Assembly: GCF_009914755.1 (NCBI RefSeq)
Contig: NC_060926.1
From: the human T2T-CHM13v2.0 reference genome, Homo sapiens
Strand: one strand, 5' to 3'
DNA: 64,000 nt
Each line of letters begins with the position of its first letter. Position 1 is the stretch's first letter. The notes beneath the pieces are model-generated. The model had not been told where the DNA came from and ran no database searches. It saw only the letters and a list, made by a program, of their open reading frames with translations. Made by a program: the position numbers and the translations under genes. Shown in pieces: positions 15,476 to 30,199 of this stretch.

Positions 15476-15614
15476 AATTCATTTATTAATTAAATCTATC
15501 CCAAAGGGTACCTTCACCTCCACGAAGGCTCCCTGACCCACCCTGCAGTGATCTTTCTGCTGTCTGAGCTCTTGCAGCTGAATCATTTATACCACACACA
15601 AGCAGCTAGCAGCT

Positions 15615-15800
15615 ACATTTGAGAGAAAGAGATGAGCTTTAGAGTGAGACAGATATATGTTGAGATACTGCCTTGGCCACTTACTAGATTGTATGTTCAT
15701 AGGTTATTAGGTATTCCTGAACCACATCTGCAAACTGAGGATGATAATGCCAATTTCATAGAAAAGTTGTGAGGAATAATTTATTCCAAATAGCATATAG
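15615..15800 (+). mobile_element. MIR
   Basis: GCCACTTACTAG, CATCTGCAAACTGAGGATGATAATG. Confidence 0.7.
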
Positions 15801-15807
15801 CATATTC

Positions 15808-16446
15808 TGTTTTGGTCCATTCCTGTTGTCATAATGAAATACTTTACACTGGGAAATATATAAATAATAGAAATCGATTTCTCACAGTTCTGGGGCCTGG
15901 GAAGTCCAAGACCCATGTGCCTGGTGAGGGTTCACTCTCTGTTTCCAAGATGGCACCATGTTGCTGCATCTTCTGGAAGGGACAAATGCTGTGTCCTCAT
16001 ATGGTGGAAGGAATGAAGGGCCAGGCAGCTCTCCAAAGCCTCTTTTATAAGGACACTAATCTCATCTATGTGGGTGGAGGCCGCATTACTTAGTCACTTC
16101 CCAAAAGGCTTCACCTCCTAAAACTACCACAGGCCAGGTGCGGTGGCTCACACCTGTAATCCCCACACTTTGGGAGGCCGAGGCAGACGGATCACGAAGT
16201 CAGGAGTTCAAGACCAGCCTGGACAACATAGTGAAACCCCGTCTCTACTAAAAATACAAAAATTAGCCAGGCACAATGGTACATGCCTGTAGGTTGCAGT
16301 GAGCCAAGATCGCACCACTGCACTCCAGCTTGGGCAACCGAGTGACACTTCGTCACAAAAAAAAAAAAAAAAAAAAAAAACCTACCACAATGGAGTTTAA
16401 GTTTCAACATGAATTTTGGAGGGACACAAACCTTCAGACCACAGCA
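15808..16446 (-). mobile_element. MST (C/D-like) MaLR solo LTR interrupted by an Alu
   Basis: TG...CA ends, TTTCTCACAGTTCTGGGGCCTGGGAAGTCCAAGA, perfect 5-bp TSD TATTC (15803-15807 and 16447-16451). Confidence 0.9.
16132..16380 (+). mobile_element. AluS (Sg-like) with an internal deletion of about 50 bp in the right arm
   Basis: GCCTGTA joined directly to GGTTGCAGTGAGCC; TSD AAAA(C)CTACCACA. Confidence 0.93.
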
Positions 16447-16544
16447 TATTCTTCCATCCAAATGTCTAGTTTTCTAACAGCAGTGTAGTGAAAAGAGCAT
16501 GGTGGCTCTACACTTCATGGTTTTGCTTCCTTAGAAACATCACC

Positions 16545-16767
16545 CATGGTGAAACCCCGTCTCTACTAAAAATACAAAAATTAGCCGGGCGTGGTGGCGC
16601 ATGCTTATAATCCCAGCTACTCAGGAGGTTGAGGCAGGAGAATCGCTTGAACCCGGGAGGCAGAGGTTGCAGTGAGCCAAGGTCGTGCCATTGCAGTCTA
16701 GCCTGGGCGACAGAGCGAGACTCCATCTCAAAAAAAAAGAAAAGAAGAAAAGAGAAAAGAAAAGAAA
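16545..16767 (+). mobile_element. 5'-truncated AluS inserted in a MIR (about 16480-16900)
   Basis: Starts CATGGTGAAACCCC, GA-rich tail, TSD approximately AAAYATCACCC. Confidence 0.92.
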
Positions 16768-17089
16768 ATAAATATCACCCAATATCTGTCTCAGTTTTCT
16801 GAAAGGCAAAATGGAGATAATAATTAATTTTTACATCAAAAGGTTGTTGTGAAGAGGAATTGAGTTAATGTACAGAGAAGTCCTTTATGAGCTATAAATC
16901 ACAGAACACATGGCAGACTATCCATCTTCATGAATCCTATGTAGGTTTCCTCACTTTCAACTCGATTGGGCTCAATTGTTTCTCTCCTATGCCTCTCCTT
17001 TTTCTAAAGTGTGCAGAAACAGTCAGCAATCCTGACCACTGAACACATCACACACACACACACACACATTTCCCTGTTCATATTCTGCT

Positions 17090-20000
17090 TTATAAACTTT
17101 CTTATGAAATATAACATTCATGCAAAAGGTGCACAAAACTTAATAAAGCTTGATGAGTTTTTACAAAGTTTATAAACAGCCACTTAGATGAATGACAAAA
17201 CATTACCAGCAACCCACCTCAATCACCGTACCCACCCAAAGTTAGCCATTACGTTGACTTCCATAAACAAAGACTGGTTTTGCCTACATTTTTGTGCTTA
17301 ATATAAACATAATCATACAGTATAAAGTCATATGTGTCAGGCTTATTTAACTCAACATTAACATCTGAAAACTTACCCTTTGTTGCATGTAGCAATGGTT
17401 CATTTTTTTTAACTACTTTATAGTATTTATTGTATAAATATGCCAAAGTTCATGTATTCATTTTTTGTTGATGAACACATGTTGTTCCAGTTTGGAACTA
17501 TTTCAGATAATACAATGAACATTCTTGTATATTTTGGGTGCACTGTGCATGCATTTCTATTGGGTATATAGCCAGGAGTGCAATTGCTGCCTCATAGGAT
17601 ACGTATATGGCTAGTCGAGTCTTCCAAACATTTTTTCAAAGTGGTTGTACCAATGTACACTCCTGCTGGCAATGAATGACAGTTCACTTGTTCCATACCC
17701 TCACTGGTATTTTGTATTATCCATCTTCTTTGTTTGGCTATTCCAATGAATGAGTAGTAGTGTCATATTGTGATTTCAATCTACATTCCTTGATGATGAG
17801 GTTAAACATGCTCTCACATTTATTGACCATTTGGATATCCTCTTTCATGAAATGACTGTTTAAGTCATTTGCCTATTTTTATATTGCATTATTTAATTTT
17901 TCTCAATGATTTTCAGTTCTTTATATATTCTGGATATGAGTCTTTTTATATTTATTAACAATATACTCAATATTGTGTGGCTTATGTTTTCACTCTAATG
18001 GTGTCTTTTAATGAATAGGAAATTTCTAACTTTAATGTAGTCCAAGTGAACATTTTATAACTAGTACATTTTATATCCGAATTAAGAAAATTTTGTCTAC
18101 CTGAGATAATAAATATATCTTCTGTGGGTTTTTTTTTTCCTAAAAGCATTTATTTGTTTAACTTTTGCCTATAGATCTACAATCTGACTGGAATTGACTT
18201 GTGTAAGATAAAGATTCATTTTTCCCATGTGGATATCCAAATAACAGCACCATTTGTTAAAAAGGTCATCCTTTCTACCCTATACAGCAGTATCACTTTT
18301 GTAAAATATCAGATAACTATAGAGATGTGGACTCTCTGTTCTGTTCCACTGGTCTTTTTATCTATTGTTATGCAAACTTCAATCTCTCTTAATTTCAATA
18401 GCTTTGTGATATGTCTCAATATCTGAGAGTGTAAGTCCTCAAAATAATCTTTCTTTTTATAAATAATCTCCTTGACTATGTTTTGCCGTTTGCATTCTTA
18501 TATGAATTTTAGAATCAGCTTGTCAATTTCTACACAAAACCTGCTGAGATTTTAATCAGGATTGTGTTTAATCTAAAGATTAGTTTGGAGACAATTTACA
18601 TCCTGACCATTTTAATTCTAAACCACAAAAATGGGGGGGGTGGAATCTCTCTATATTTAGGCTCCTAAAATTTCTCTTGGCAAAGTTTTATAGTTTTCAG
18701 TGTAAAGGTCTTAAATGTCTATCATTAAATACATTTCTAGATTTGAAAGTTTTTATGCTAATGTAAATCATATCTTTTTAATTTTAATTTTAATTTTATT
18801 TGCATTTTTGTTGCCAATATATAAAAATGCAATTGATTTCATACATTGATCTTGGATCCAACAACCATGCCAAATTTACTTATAAATTCTAGTAGTTGTC
18901 TCTAGATTCTATTTTAGATTTTCTATGTACAATTATGTTGTCCATGAAGAGTGACAGTTTTATTTCACCCTTTTCCAAACTGTCTTTTCAAAATTTCTTT
19001 TTATAGCCTTATTGCCTTGGTTAAGACTTCCATTTTTCTTTTAATAGAAGTAGCAAGTATCCATATCACGCTCCTAAGCATAGGAAGAAAGTTTTCAATA
19101 ATTCACCATCAAATTGACTTCCTGGTTTGCTAAGAGTTTTTATCATGAATTAATATTGTGTTTTATCAAATGTGTTTTTGTAATCATTAAGAAAATTTTA
19201 TTTATCTCCACTTTTCTGCAAATATGGTGAACTATATTGTTTATTCATAATAAATCATCATTAGCATTTCTGAAATAAACTTCATTTTATTGTGATACCT
19301 TCTCCATTTACATATCAAAGAATTCTATTTGCTAATATATTATTTAGAATTTACATATATATAATTCATGCTACAAATTTGTCTGTAATTTTCCTTTCTT
19401 ACAATTTCCTTAAGTAATTTACCTATCAAGATTATGCTGGTCCTATAGAAAGTCTAGGAAGGCTACCGTCTGTTTTATATTCTGGAAGAGTATATAAAAA
19501 TTGGAGTTATCACTTGCTTTAATATTTGCTACAAATCACCAAAGAAACCACCCAGACCAGGAGTATACTTTGCACAGAGGCTTTAAATAAAACATTTAAA
19601 TTCTTTAGTAGACATATAATACTCTAATTGCTCTTTCTTATTGTGTCAATTTTGGTAAGCTATGTTTTTCAAGGAATTTCATTCACTGAAATTGGCATAA
19701 CATTATTTGTGATATCTTTTTCTCTTTTAAATGTCTATAGCATCTATACTAATGTCTCCTTATTTGTTACTGGAATTGGTAATTTGCTCTCTTTTTTACA
19801 TCAGTCTTGTCATAGTTTTATCAATTTAATGTGTCTTTTTCAAGAAATTAGGTTTTTTTCTTTATTGCATTAATATTTGTTTTCTACTTATCTTTTTTCT
19901 GCTTTTATTTTTACTATTAACTTCCTACTACTTTCTTTGGACTAATTTTTTGTGTGTGGTGATATTTAAAATTATGTTTCGTTTTGAGGTGAAAACTTGA

Positions 20001-21230
20001 ATTATTGATATGTAGCATTTAATTCTTTTCTAATATATACATTTGAGAATATAAATTTTCCTCTAGGCATTGCAGGAATTCTCCTAGTTTTTGCTAATCT
20101 GATGATATATTTATTTCACCATCCTATTTGAAAAATATTTTTATTATTATAGAACTCTAGGTTGGCAGTTATTTCCTTGAGCATCATTTATCTGTTTTCT
20201 ACATGTTTTGATATGCCATGTCTCCACTATCATTTAGTTCAAAATATCTTCTAATTTTTATTGTGTTTCCTTCTTTGATTCATGAGTTATTTGTAATTTA
20301 ATAGCTTACTTTTAAAGCAGTTGGTGATTTTCTGGTTAGCTTTTGTTACAGATTTCTAGCATAATTCTACTGTGCTCAAAGAGCATATTCTGAATGATTT
20401 CACTCCTTTGAAATATATTTCAGCTTGCTTTATGACACAGCATGTGCTAAACTCTAGTAAACCTTCCATAAGCATTTGGAAAACACAATGCATTTTGTCA
20501 TTGTTGGATGTAGTGTTCTATATCAGACATTTAGAATGTCCTTAATTTTTCTTTTTCTTTTTTTTTTTTTGCTATTATAAGAAATTACACAATATACATC
20601 TTACTGTATATATAACTTTTTGTCCCTGTTGAATTAATTCATTGTCTTAAATTCTCAGGAGTGGCATTACTAGGTCCAAGGGTTAAAAATGTCTTTTTGT
20701 CTTTTCCTATTTATACAATATTGCTAACAAAAGTATTGTATCTAATTACAATGTCAGTCATGGTGCATGAAATCACCAAATTTCCCACAGTGTAGAGGGT
20801 TGTAATTGTTTTATTAATAGAGTGGATAGTAAATTGTAACTCAAAGTTAACAGTAATTTCCATGCCTTTGATAACTAGACAAGATAAACATTTTTCTAGG
20901 TATTCATTTGCTATTTCAATTTTCTCTCATATAAATTGCCTATTCATCTGTTTAACAATCTACTGGGATGTTGATAATTTTGGAATGAGTTTGAATGAAT
21001 AATTTCATAATATCGGCAATTTGTCTTTGGCTTACATATATGATGCAAATGTTTTCCCAATCTATTATCTTTTTAATTTTAGCTTTACTGTTTTTCACCA
21101 TACAATCATGTTCAATTTGTGAAGATTGGAATCTCTTACTTTGTTGCCGGCTACTTAAAACTCTAACAATGTTTCATTCTTTTTCAACTGTATATTTCTT
21201 TATTTTCTTCTCCTAAATTTTGGTTAATGT
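17090..21230 (-). mobile_element. Long degraded L1ME-type element(s), 3' UTR plus ORF2
   Basis: T-rich antisense L1 with TATATGAATTTTAGAATCAGCTTGTCAATTTCTAC and CAAAGTGGTTGTACCAAT motifs. Confidence 0.85.
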
Positions 21231-21373
21231 ATGGTACAGAGCAGGACTGTCCAGTAGGGATATAGTGTGAGCCACAAATGTGATTTAAATTTTTCTATTA
21301 GTTAATTCAAAAAGTAAAAAGAAACAGGTACAAATAATTTTAATTATATACTTTAACCCAGTATCCAAAAATA

Positions 21374-22815
<1,442 letters not shown>

Positions 22816-23224
22816 TATTATCATTATAACATGTAACCAATATAAAAGTTTGGGGATATATTACATCCTTTTTTTCACATTAAGTCATTGAAATGTGGTG
22901 TATACTTACAGAACAGCTTAATTCAGACTAGCCACATTTCAAATGCTAACAGCTGCATCATAGGCTAGTGGCTATGCTATTTGGAAGCCCAAATCAAGAG
23001 TGTCTTTTCTCTTTAAATTAGAGATGAAAAGTGTTGGTGTTGGTGGGAATACAAGTATCTGCCTGGAAATTCTCTTGTCCAAATAAACAACAGTTTAATA
23101 TAGGGAACAATACAGAGATGCACTTTATCCCTCTGTAGGTAGTAATGAAGGAACTGACATTACTTCAGCTCCCTCTGGAAAAGCGGCTGAGAAAATAAGC
23201 CTTAAATTGTTCTCATAAACTCAC

Positions 23225-23234
23225 TGGAATTAGC
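23225..23234 (-). CDS. Candidate 10-nt microexon GCTAATTCCA
   Basis: Minus strand: gactgac (branch point) tagttcttctttcttgtctcttatcgttccaacaag|GCTAATTCCA|gtgagt in non-repetitive DNA. Confidence 0.45.
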
Positions 23235-23819
23235 CTTGTTGGAACGATAAGAGACAAGAAAGAAGAACTAGTCAGTCTTCCTATGAAAACACTGACTATT
23301 TCGTTCACAATGGGAGCTGAAGCAGCTTGGCTCATGTGAGCTCCAGGGAGATTTTTCAGAGCTTTTGGGTTAACACGTCATCTCTGAAATATATCACACA
23401 AGTTCTCAGGGCCGCTCAAGGGTAAGTAATCTACACGGAGTTTTGAAAATACTTTTGCCAGTTAGAGGAGTCAGCAAACTATTTATTTGATTTCTTCCTC
23501 AGCCTCCCATTCTGGGAATTCCCAACGGCCTAATAGCAATGGCAACAACACCTGCTTGCCTGTCAGTTTGCAGGCATCTTTCTTACCAATATTCCCCAAA
23601 TGATTACCCTGCCTAAAATCCTAATGTCTCCAGATTTTTCTTGGGTGAACAAGATTATAATGTTTCTACATTCTTGTCTCAGCTCTACCTGAAAATTGGC
23701 CCATAAATATTTGTACACAGTTAAGTCTTAAGTTAGATATGTGTGTGTTTGTGTGTGTGTGCACACACGTGCACACGATCATGCTGCTATGCCTAAGAAA
23801 TTCTTCATTCCTTAGGAAA

Positions 23820-24085
23820 AGAATATAGTGAAGTGTTAAAAGCACAATCTTCAAAGGCAAACCAAATTAGCTCAAATTTCAGTACTATCACTTACTAGCT
23901 ATATAATGTTGAACATGTGTTACTTAATCTTTTTGTGCCTCAGTTTCTTTATCTATAAAATGGGAATAGTACCACCAACATTATATAGTTTATATGGGGA
24001 TTAAATGAGATAATATATGTAAAATGCTTAGTCAATGTCTGCCACACTGTAAATGCTAAAATAGTAGCCATTCTTTATTAGTATT
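23820..24085 (+). mobile_element. Near full-length MIR
   Basis: CACTTACTAGCT, GTGCCTCAGTTTCTTTATCTATAAAATGGG, GGATTAAATGAGATAAT. Confidence 0.92.
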
Positions 24086-24465
24086 GTCTTTATTTTGCTA
24101 TTATGTTATTATTACAACTTTTGCCTAAAAAGAGCCTTGCGTCTGTTGCCTTTAGTCCTCTCTTTGAGTGGAACACATAACAAAGGAAAAAGAATCCAGC
24201 TTCAAAAGTGGCATTAAGGAGTAAAGGTTTTCTTGGACAAAAGGGATGCTGGCAAAAGGCTATACAGCATCCCAATAGTCTGCAAAACTCAAAAGTCCTC
24301 TTCACAACAAATTTCCCAGTCGTCCCTCTCAGAACAAATCCCTCCTGCCTCTCCGCAAAGCTCCATACCAGCATCTTCACTTACCTACTTTCTGCTCTTT
24401 GACTCCTGCCTTCCACATATTTTTATTTTTATTTCACTTATTTTTTGGCTCATTGGTAGCTTCAT

Positions 24466-25045
24466 ATGTGCAATTCCTCAGGGATATAGAACTAGAAATA
24501 CCATTTGACCCGGCAATCCCATTACTGGGTATATACCCAAAGGATTATAAATCATGCTGCCTTAAAGACACATGCACATGTATGTTTATTGCGGCACTAC
24601 TCACAATAGCAAAGACTTGGAACCAACCCAAATGTCCAACAATGATAGACTGGATTAAGAAAATGTGGCACATAGACACCATGGAATACTATGCAGCCAT
24701 AAAAAATGATGAGTTCATGTCCTTTGTAGGGACATGTATGAAGCTGGAAACCACCATTCTCAGCAAACTGTTGCAAGGACAAAAAACCAAACACCACATG
24801 TTCTCACTCATAGGTAGGAATTGAACGATAAGGACACATGGACACAGGAAGGGGAACATCACACACCGGGACCTGTTGTCAGGTGGGGGGAGAGGGGAGG
24901 GATAGCATTTGGAGATATACCTAATGTTAAATGACGAGCTACTGGGTGCTGCACACCAACATGGCACACGTATACATATGTAACAAACCTGCACGTTGTG
25001 CACATGTGCCCTAAAACTTAAAGTATAATTTAAAAAAAAAAGAAA
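24466..25045 (+). mobile_element. L1PA4/5-type 3' end (about 580 bp)
   Basis: ORF2 C-terminus ([18 protein letters not shown]...LIGRN), 3' UTR, poly(A). Confidence 0.95.
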
Positions 25046-25049
25046 ATTT

Positions 25050-25700
25050 TAAAGACATAAAAAGTAATTTATCTTTCTCCCATCTATATCCCCAGTTATC
25101 CAGATCCCCAGAAGTAACCACTGTAACCAGAGATATTCTATATACAGATAGCAGATAGAAACTCACACACACATACACACACACACACACACACACCATT
25201 TTACACCACTGCAATTTGCTTTTACATTTAATAAAACTTGGAGATCGTACCATATTAGTATCTATAGAGTTGCCTCCTTCTCCTTAACGCACTGCATTGT
25301 TTTCCATTGGATAAATAAGCCATAATTTATTTATCTATTTCCACATTAATAGACATTTAAATTGTTTTACTATTTTGTTATCATAAAAATTGCTGCAATA
25401 AGTAACTGTTCATATATGATTTTATACATCTGTAAATTTCTAGAAATTTAATCATTGGATCAAAGGGAAGGTGAATTTTTAATTTTTGTAGATTTAGCCA
25501 AATTGTCCTACATGTAGGTTATGCTGACTTAGCCTCCTCTTAGTAAGGTTAGAGTGTTAGCTTTCTTACACAGGTTAAGTTTTCTAACATTTTCCATGCC
25601 CTTTCTTATGCAGAGTAATCTCAGCCTCTTCAATTCTGTATCTCCAGCCATATATCCTGATGGAAGAATGTTTCTGTCTCTTCTACATTTTCCCCCAGTT
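25050..25700 (-). mobile_element. L1ME-type fragment with (CA)n near 25164-25196
   Basis: CCCCAGAAGTAACCACTG, CATAATTTATTTA, CATTGGATCAAAGGG. Confidence 0.65.
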
Positions 25701-25979
25701 AAATAGCTGTAAACTACCTGAGACATCCATGCTGTCTTCTGTCCCATAACCTCCAGCCCTCAACCCTTCTTTTCTTCCTCCATGATACTCCTGGGGCCTG
25801 CATTGTCTGGGGTCAGCTTGCCTGGGGCTGGGAAACCTGGAATTGGCCTGCCTGAAAGCAAACAGCTAGGTTCAGGGTGAGACACCCATCCCCCATCCAG
25901 AGTGTGAAGCACCTGCCAAGGGAGGCAGATGATGTCAATCAAATCCTTTTCCTTTGTGATTTTTCCAGATACCCTTGAC

Positions 25980-26528
25980 TAAATCATGGCACATGTGTAC
26001 ATGAGAATACCATACACCCCCAAAAGTGAATAAATTACAACTCTATGCATCAACATAGATGGATCTCAGGAACATATGTCCAGCATAAAAGCAAGTCACA
26101 GAAAATACGTGCAAGCAGAATACCATGACATTGAGTTCTGAAATAAGCAGACTAAATTTTTACAAATACAGGTATGCATGGTAAAACTGCACAAATTGTA
26201 AGAGAATGAAAAACACAAAATTCAGGATCATGGTATCCTGAGGGTAAGTGAAGAAGGTGGGCTGATGTGATCAGGGAGGGTCACACGGAAGCCTCCCAAG
26301 GTATGGTAATTTTCTACTGCATAAGTTGCATGGTGACTTCCTAAGTGTCCATTTTATTATTCTTAATTATTTCTATGCTATTTATATTGTGTTATACATA
26401 CCAACTATTTTATAATATGTTTTCATAAAAAGCTACAAAAGAAGTAGGAACTAGAAAGATGGTCATGATATATTAAGTAAGAAAAACACAGATAAAATTG
26501 TGCATATGACATGATTCTGCTTTGGTTT

Positions 26529-26581
<53 letters not shown>

Positions 26582-26740
26582 CATATTGATATTCACCAAA
26601 TGATAATAATGGTTATCTAGGTTGTGGAATTATAATTTTTAAAAAACTTTTCTTATCTTTCTGACATATATTTCCCAATTTTTCAACAATGACTTTTTTT
26701 ACTTTTGTAATGAGAAAATATGATTAAATATTTTTTTAAA
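25980..26740 (+). mobile_element. L1ME-type 3' fragments
   Basis: GATGGATCTCAGGAACATA, AAAAGCAAGTCACAGAA, AAATTCAGGATCATGGT. Confidence 0.6.
26532..26579. repeat. (CA)n microsatellite, about 24 units
   Basis: Uninterrupted AC run. Confidence 0.97.
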
Positions 26741-26774
26741 AATCATATGCTAAGTGCTACCACTAGGCAGTTAC

Positions 26775-26990
26775 ATATAGCTACCACTTACTGAACTTCC
26801 TCTGAGCCAGGTTCTCAGCCAAGGGCATTACATGTATTTTGTAATTGGAAGTATTATTTTTATTTCATAGAGGAGAAACCAGAAGGCCAGAGAGGTTAAA
26901 TAACTCACTCAAAATCAGATAGAGAATGGTAGAGCCAGGACTCAAATCCATCTGTCTTCCTATCAAGCATGTGCTCTTAACCAAGCTTCT
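26775..26990 (-). mobile_element. MIR
   Basis: AGAGAGGTTAAATAACTCAC, GGTAGAGCCAGGACTCAAATCCA. Confidence 0.8.
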
Positions 26991-27034
26991 ATGCAACATT
27001 CAATAGCCTACAGAAGCCCGAAGGAGCCATACAG

Positions 27035-27484
27035 TGTCAAGAAGGGTTAAGGGTTTGCTTTACTTTTTAAGCTAATAAGCCAGACTGTTATTTTTCTTGA
27101 ATGTTGGCAGAAGTCACAAGACCCCTCGGTCAGAGGCAAAAGTCTTTAGTAGTCACAGCCCAGTAACAGCATGAACATGCTGTTGGTTTGTATCTGTTCC
27201 TCATGCCCCCAAGTCCCACAGGGACAACACAGTGGGGGTGTAGATGAATGCATGCACCCAAGAAGGATTGTGTTGCAAGAAAGGAACACTGAACATAGGA
27301 GACTCACTGCTTTTATAGGAAGCAGATGCAAGCCTGCTCTTTGTGAGAGAGGTTACTTCATCCTGCAACATTGCTCCCTGCAAACACGATTCTGAGAAAG
27401 GTCTTAGGAAAGAGATGCATGGCCTTGAATTCTTGGCATATCCTGCAAAAATGTGCAGGGCCCATGGCAGACTGTGCTCCAGCA
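27035..27484 (-). mobile_element. LTR40-like ERVL solo LTR
   Basis: TG...CA ends; ACTTTTTAAGCTAATAAG, CCCCAAGTCCCACAGGG, CTGCAAACACGATTCTGAGAAA. Confidence 0.75.
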
Positions 27485-28040
27485 TATAGTCAAGATTCTT
27501 TGAGCTGCAAATTACAAAAACCCAGCTTAAACTTAATTAAACAAAAGGAAGAATGACAAAAAATGTATTGACCATGAAACTCCTGTCTCTCTCTCTGACT
27601 CTCTGTGTGTGTGTGTGTGTGTGTGTGTGTCTCTCTCACTGTCTCTCTCTCTCTCTCTCTCTCCTCCTATCCTCTATGTGGTCTCCATTCATGGACAGGC
27701 ACTCCCCTGTGATCATAAGAAAGCTACCTGTAGCACCAACCCCAATGGAGCATAACAGGCCTTTTCTCACTCCTCAAATAGAAGTCCTAGAACCAAGTCT
27801 CAATGGCTATGTCTGGCGTGGATTGGGTCATATGTCCATCCTAAACCAAGCCTTGGGACCAGGGGATAAAGCACTGTAATCGCCCATCCATGGGTTACCT
27901 GCCCCCTTCTGGAAGCAGGATTGGGATCAGTCCCACCCCAATCATGTAGACTGAGAGTGGTATTTTCTTCCCCACAGAATCAGAATACTGGTAACAGAAG
28001 ATAAGGCAGTCAATGCTCAGCAGACAAAACAAACACTGTG
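27485..28040 (-). mobile_element. Old MLT1 (K/N-type) LTR with a compound (TC)/(TG) STR at 27585-27665
   Basis: AGTCAAGATTCTTTGAGCTGCAA start; GATTGGGTCATATGTCCATCCTAAACCAA. Confidence 0.65.
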
Positions 28041-29258
28041 CTGTGCCCAGAGAGAGATTATCTCTAAAACATCACATACAACAAACAGTGAGCTGGTTGG
28101 ACTGACAAGATGAAATGCGATGGATTCCAGTAAGATTTGCAAAGTTCCATAAAGCTCAGTGGTAGTTCTGTGGCTGACTGCTGGCACTCCCAGTGACTTC
28201 TGACAGTTGAGGCAGTTATCAAAAGCCTGGAACAGCTTGACTGCACCCAATTGCAGTGTGCATGGGGATTAGCCAATACAGAAAGAGGGAAAAAAAAGAA
28301 AAAGAACAAGGAAACCTTTCCTCCGAGCTAATCAGTATATAATTGATTTCAATGTCCTCCTTCAATCTGATGCATCTTTTTTTCTGAACTCACCTAAAAT
28401 TAAGAACCAGAACCAGGAGCAATATTTTAATATAGTCATATCCAAAGGAAAAATCCATTTGCAAGGAAATATCCGAAGTTCCCAGTGTTGCTATTGTTAG
28501 CACACAATGTTTCAGATGAGAAGGGAGTGTATCTTCATAGTGGGTTGGGGATTCTGGGATATAAGTTGTAGAACCAAAAAGATTGCAGCACTCTCAATGT
28601 GTGGCCTGAGTCAGGGCTTTTTAGAAGAAAAACCAATTCTCCTTCGCAGCCGCCTCCACCACCACCCTTTTCTATTTTCAATGAAGTTGTCTTTAAATCT
28701 GTTGCAACTATAACAATGACAGATGAGAGTTACCATTTTTCAGTGGCTCCACCTCACAGAAGAGGTGATGACTAAGAACATCAGTCACAAGCACAGTCTA
28801 TCCTAGCAAAATGCCCTCGATAAAGGGTGATTCAGTAGAGGCTGGGGCACAGCATCTATGAGTATGTGAGAGAAGGGCTCATAGGTACAGAGTGGCCGCC
28901 CCAAAAACAGTTGTTGATTTGAGCTAAATTCCCTAAACAGCCCTGCTCTCTCATTTCTACCACGGGATGCTACTTCTCTTACTTCCACCAATCCACTGAG
29001 TAAAAATAGAAAATTGTCATTTCAGGAACTAAGCTTTGTAATTAAAGAGAATGTGTTGGCCAGAGGAAACCGATCCCAGACCTCACAGGCATTATTGCCT
29101 GTTCAGCATCCTGCGTCTCATCTCCTCTTCTCACTGCCTGAAGCCTAATTAACAGAATCCGTGCCATTATGCCTAGCTCTCTGATCTTTATTATCATGAA
29201 TGCTCTTTCCAAAGAAATTCTCATCCTAGAGCAAGAGTTCCTGGAGGGCAAGGACTGG

Positions 29259-29783
29259 GTACTGGTTATCTCTTGCTGCATAATGAGTAACTCCAAAACA
29301 CAGCAACTTAAAACAGAAACATTTATTTTCTCATAGATTCTGAGGGTCAGGAATCCTGGAGGTTTAGCTGGGTGCCTCTGGCTGAGTCTCTCCCAAGGCT
29401 GCAAAGTGTCAAACAGGACTACAGTCATCTCAAGGTTCAACACTTGAAGAAACCAAGCTCCCCAGCAGGGCTATTAGTAGGAACTAGGTCTTCAGTTCTG
29501 GAGATATCAGTTCGTTTTCTCTGGATCTATTCTTCAGGCAGCTTGCAGTATGGCAGCTGGCTTCCCTCCGAACCAGCCAGAGATAGAATGAGCAAAAGGA
29601 AAGCCACAGTCTAATTGTAATCTGATATTGGAGGTGACATCCCATCACTTTTGCCATATTCTGTTTGCCATATTCTGTTTGCTCCATCACTACAGCCAGC
29701 CCATATTCAAATGGAGAGCATTCACAAGGTCAAGAATACCAGGAGGTGCAGCTCATGAGGGCCTTTGAGGCTGCCTACTACCA
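29259..29783 (-). mobile_element. MLT1F-like solo LTR
   Basis: TTATCTCTTGCTGCATAA, TTGGAGGTGACATCCCATCACTTTTGCCATATTCT, GAGGCTGCCTACTACCA. Confidence 0.85.
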
Positions 29784-30199
29784 ACCACTTCTCATTCACA
29801 CACCTGTTCCTGGTACCTAATAGAGGAACAGGCAAATGGTAAGCTTGACAAAGACTTGTTGTGCCATATTTAATCCAGTCCAAAAGACTCACCAAGTCAC
29901 ATCAACTAGAGTGGAACACATACAAGGAATAGACAAAGAACAGTGTGGTGGGTATGAATTTCATTCCACCAACTCAAGTGTGCAAGAAATACAAAATTTT
30001 CTATAACGCCTTAGAATTGTTATTTGAGCCCTCTTCTTGCTAGGGTGACAAAAATGTAATCTCAGTCCCTGGGAATTCAGTCCTTTGTCCAGGGTAGTTC
30101 ACCAGTTCAAGAGAGAGTACTTAGTACCAGGTCATGGGGGAAAAAGGGGAGGGCATCTCCTAAGCCTCAGTTACAGGTGTTGGCTAAAATGTGCCTCAC

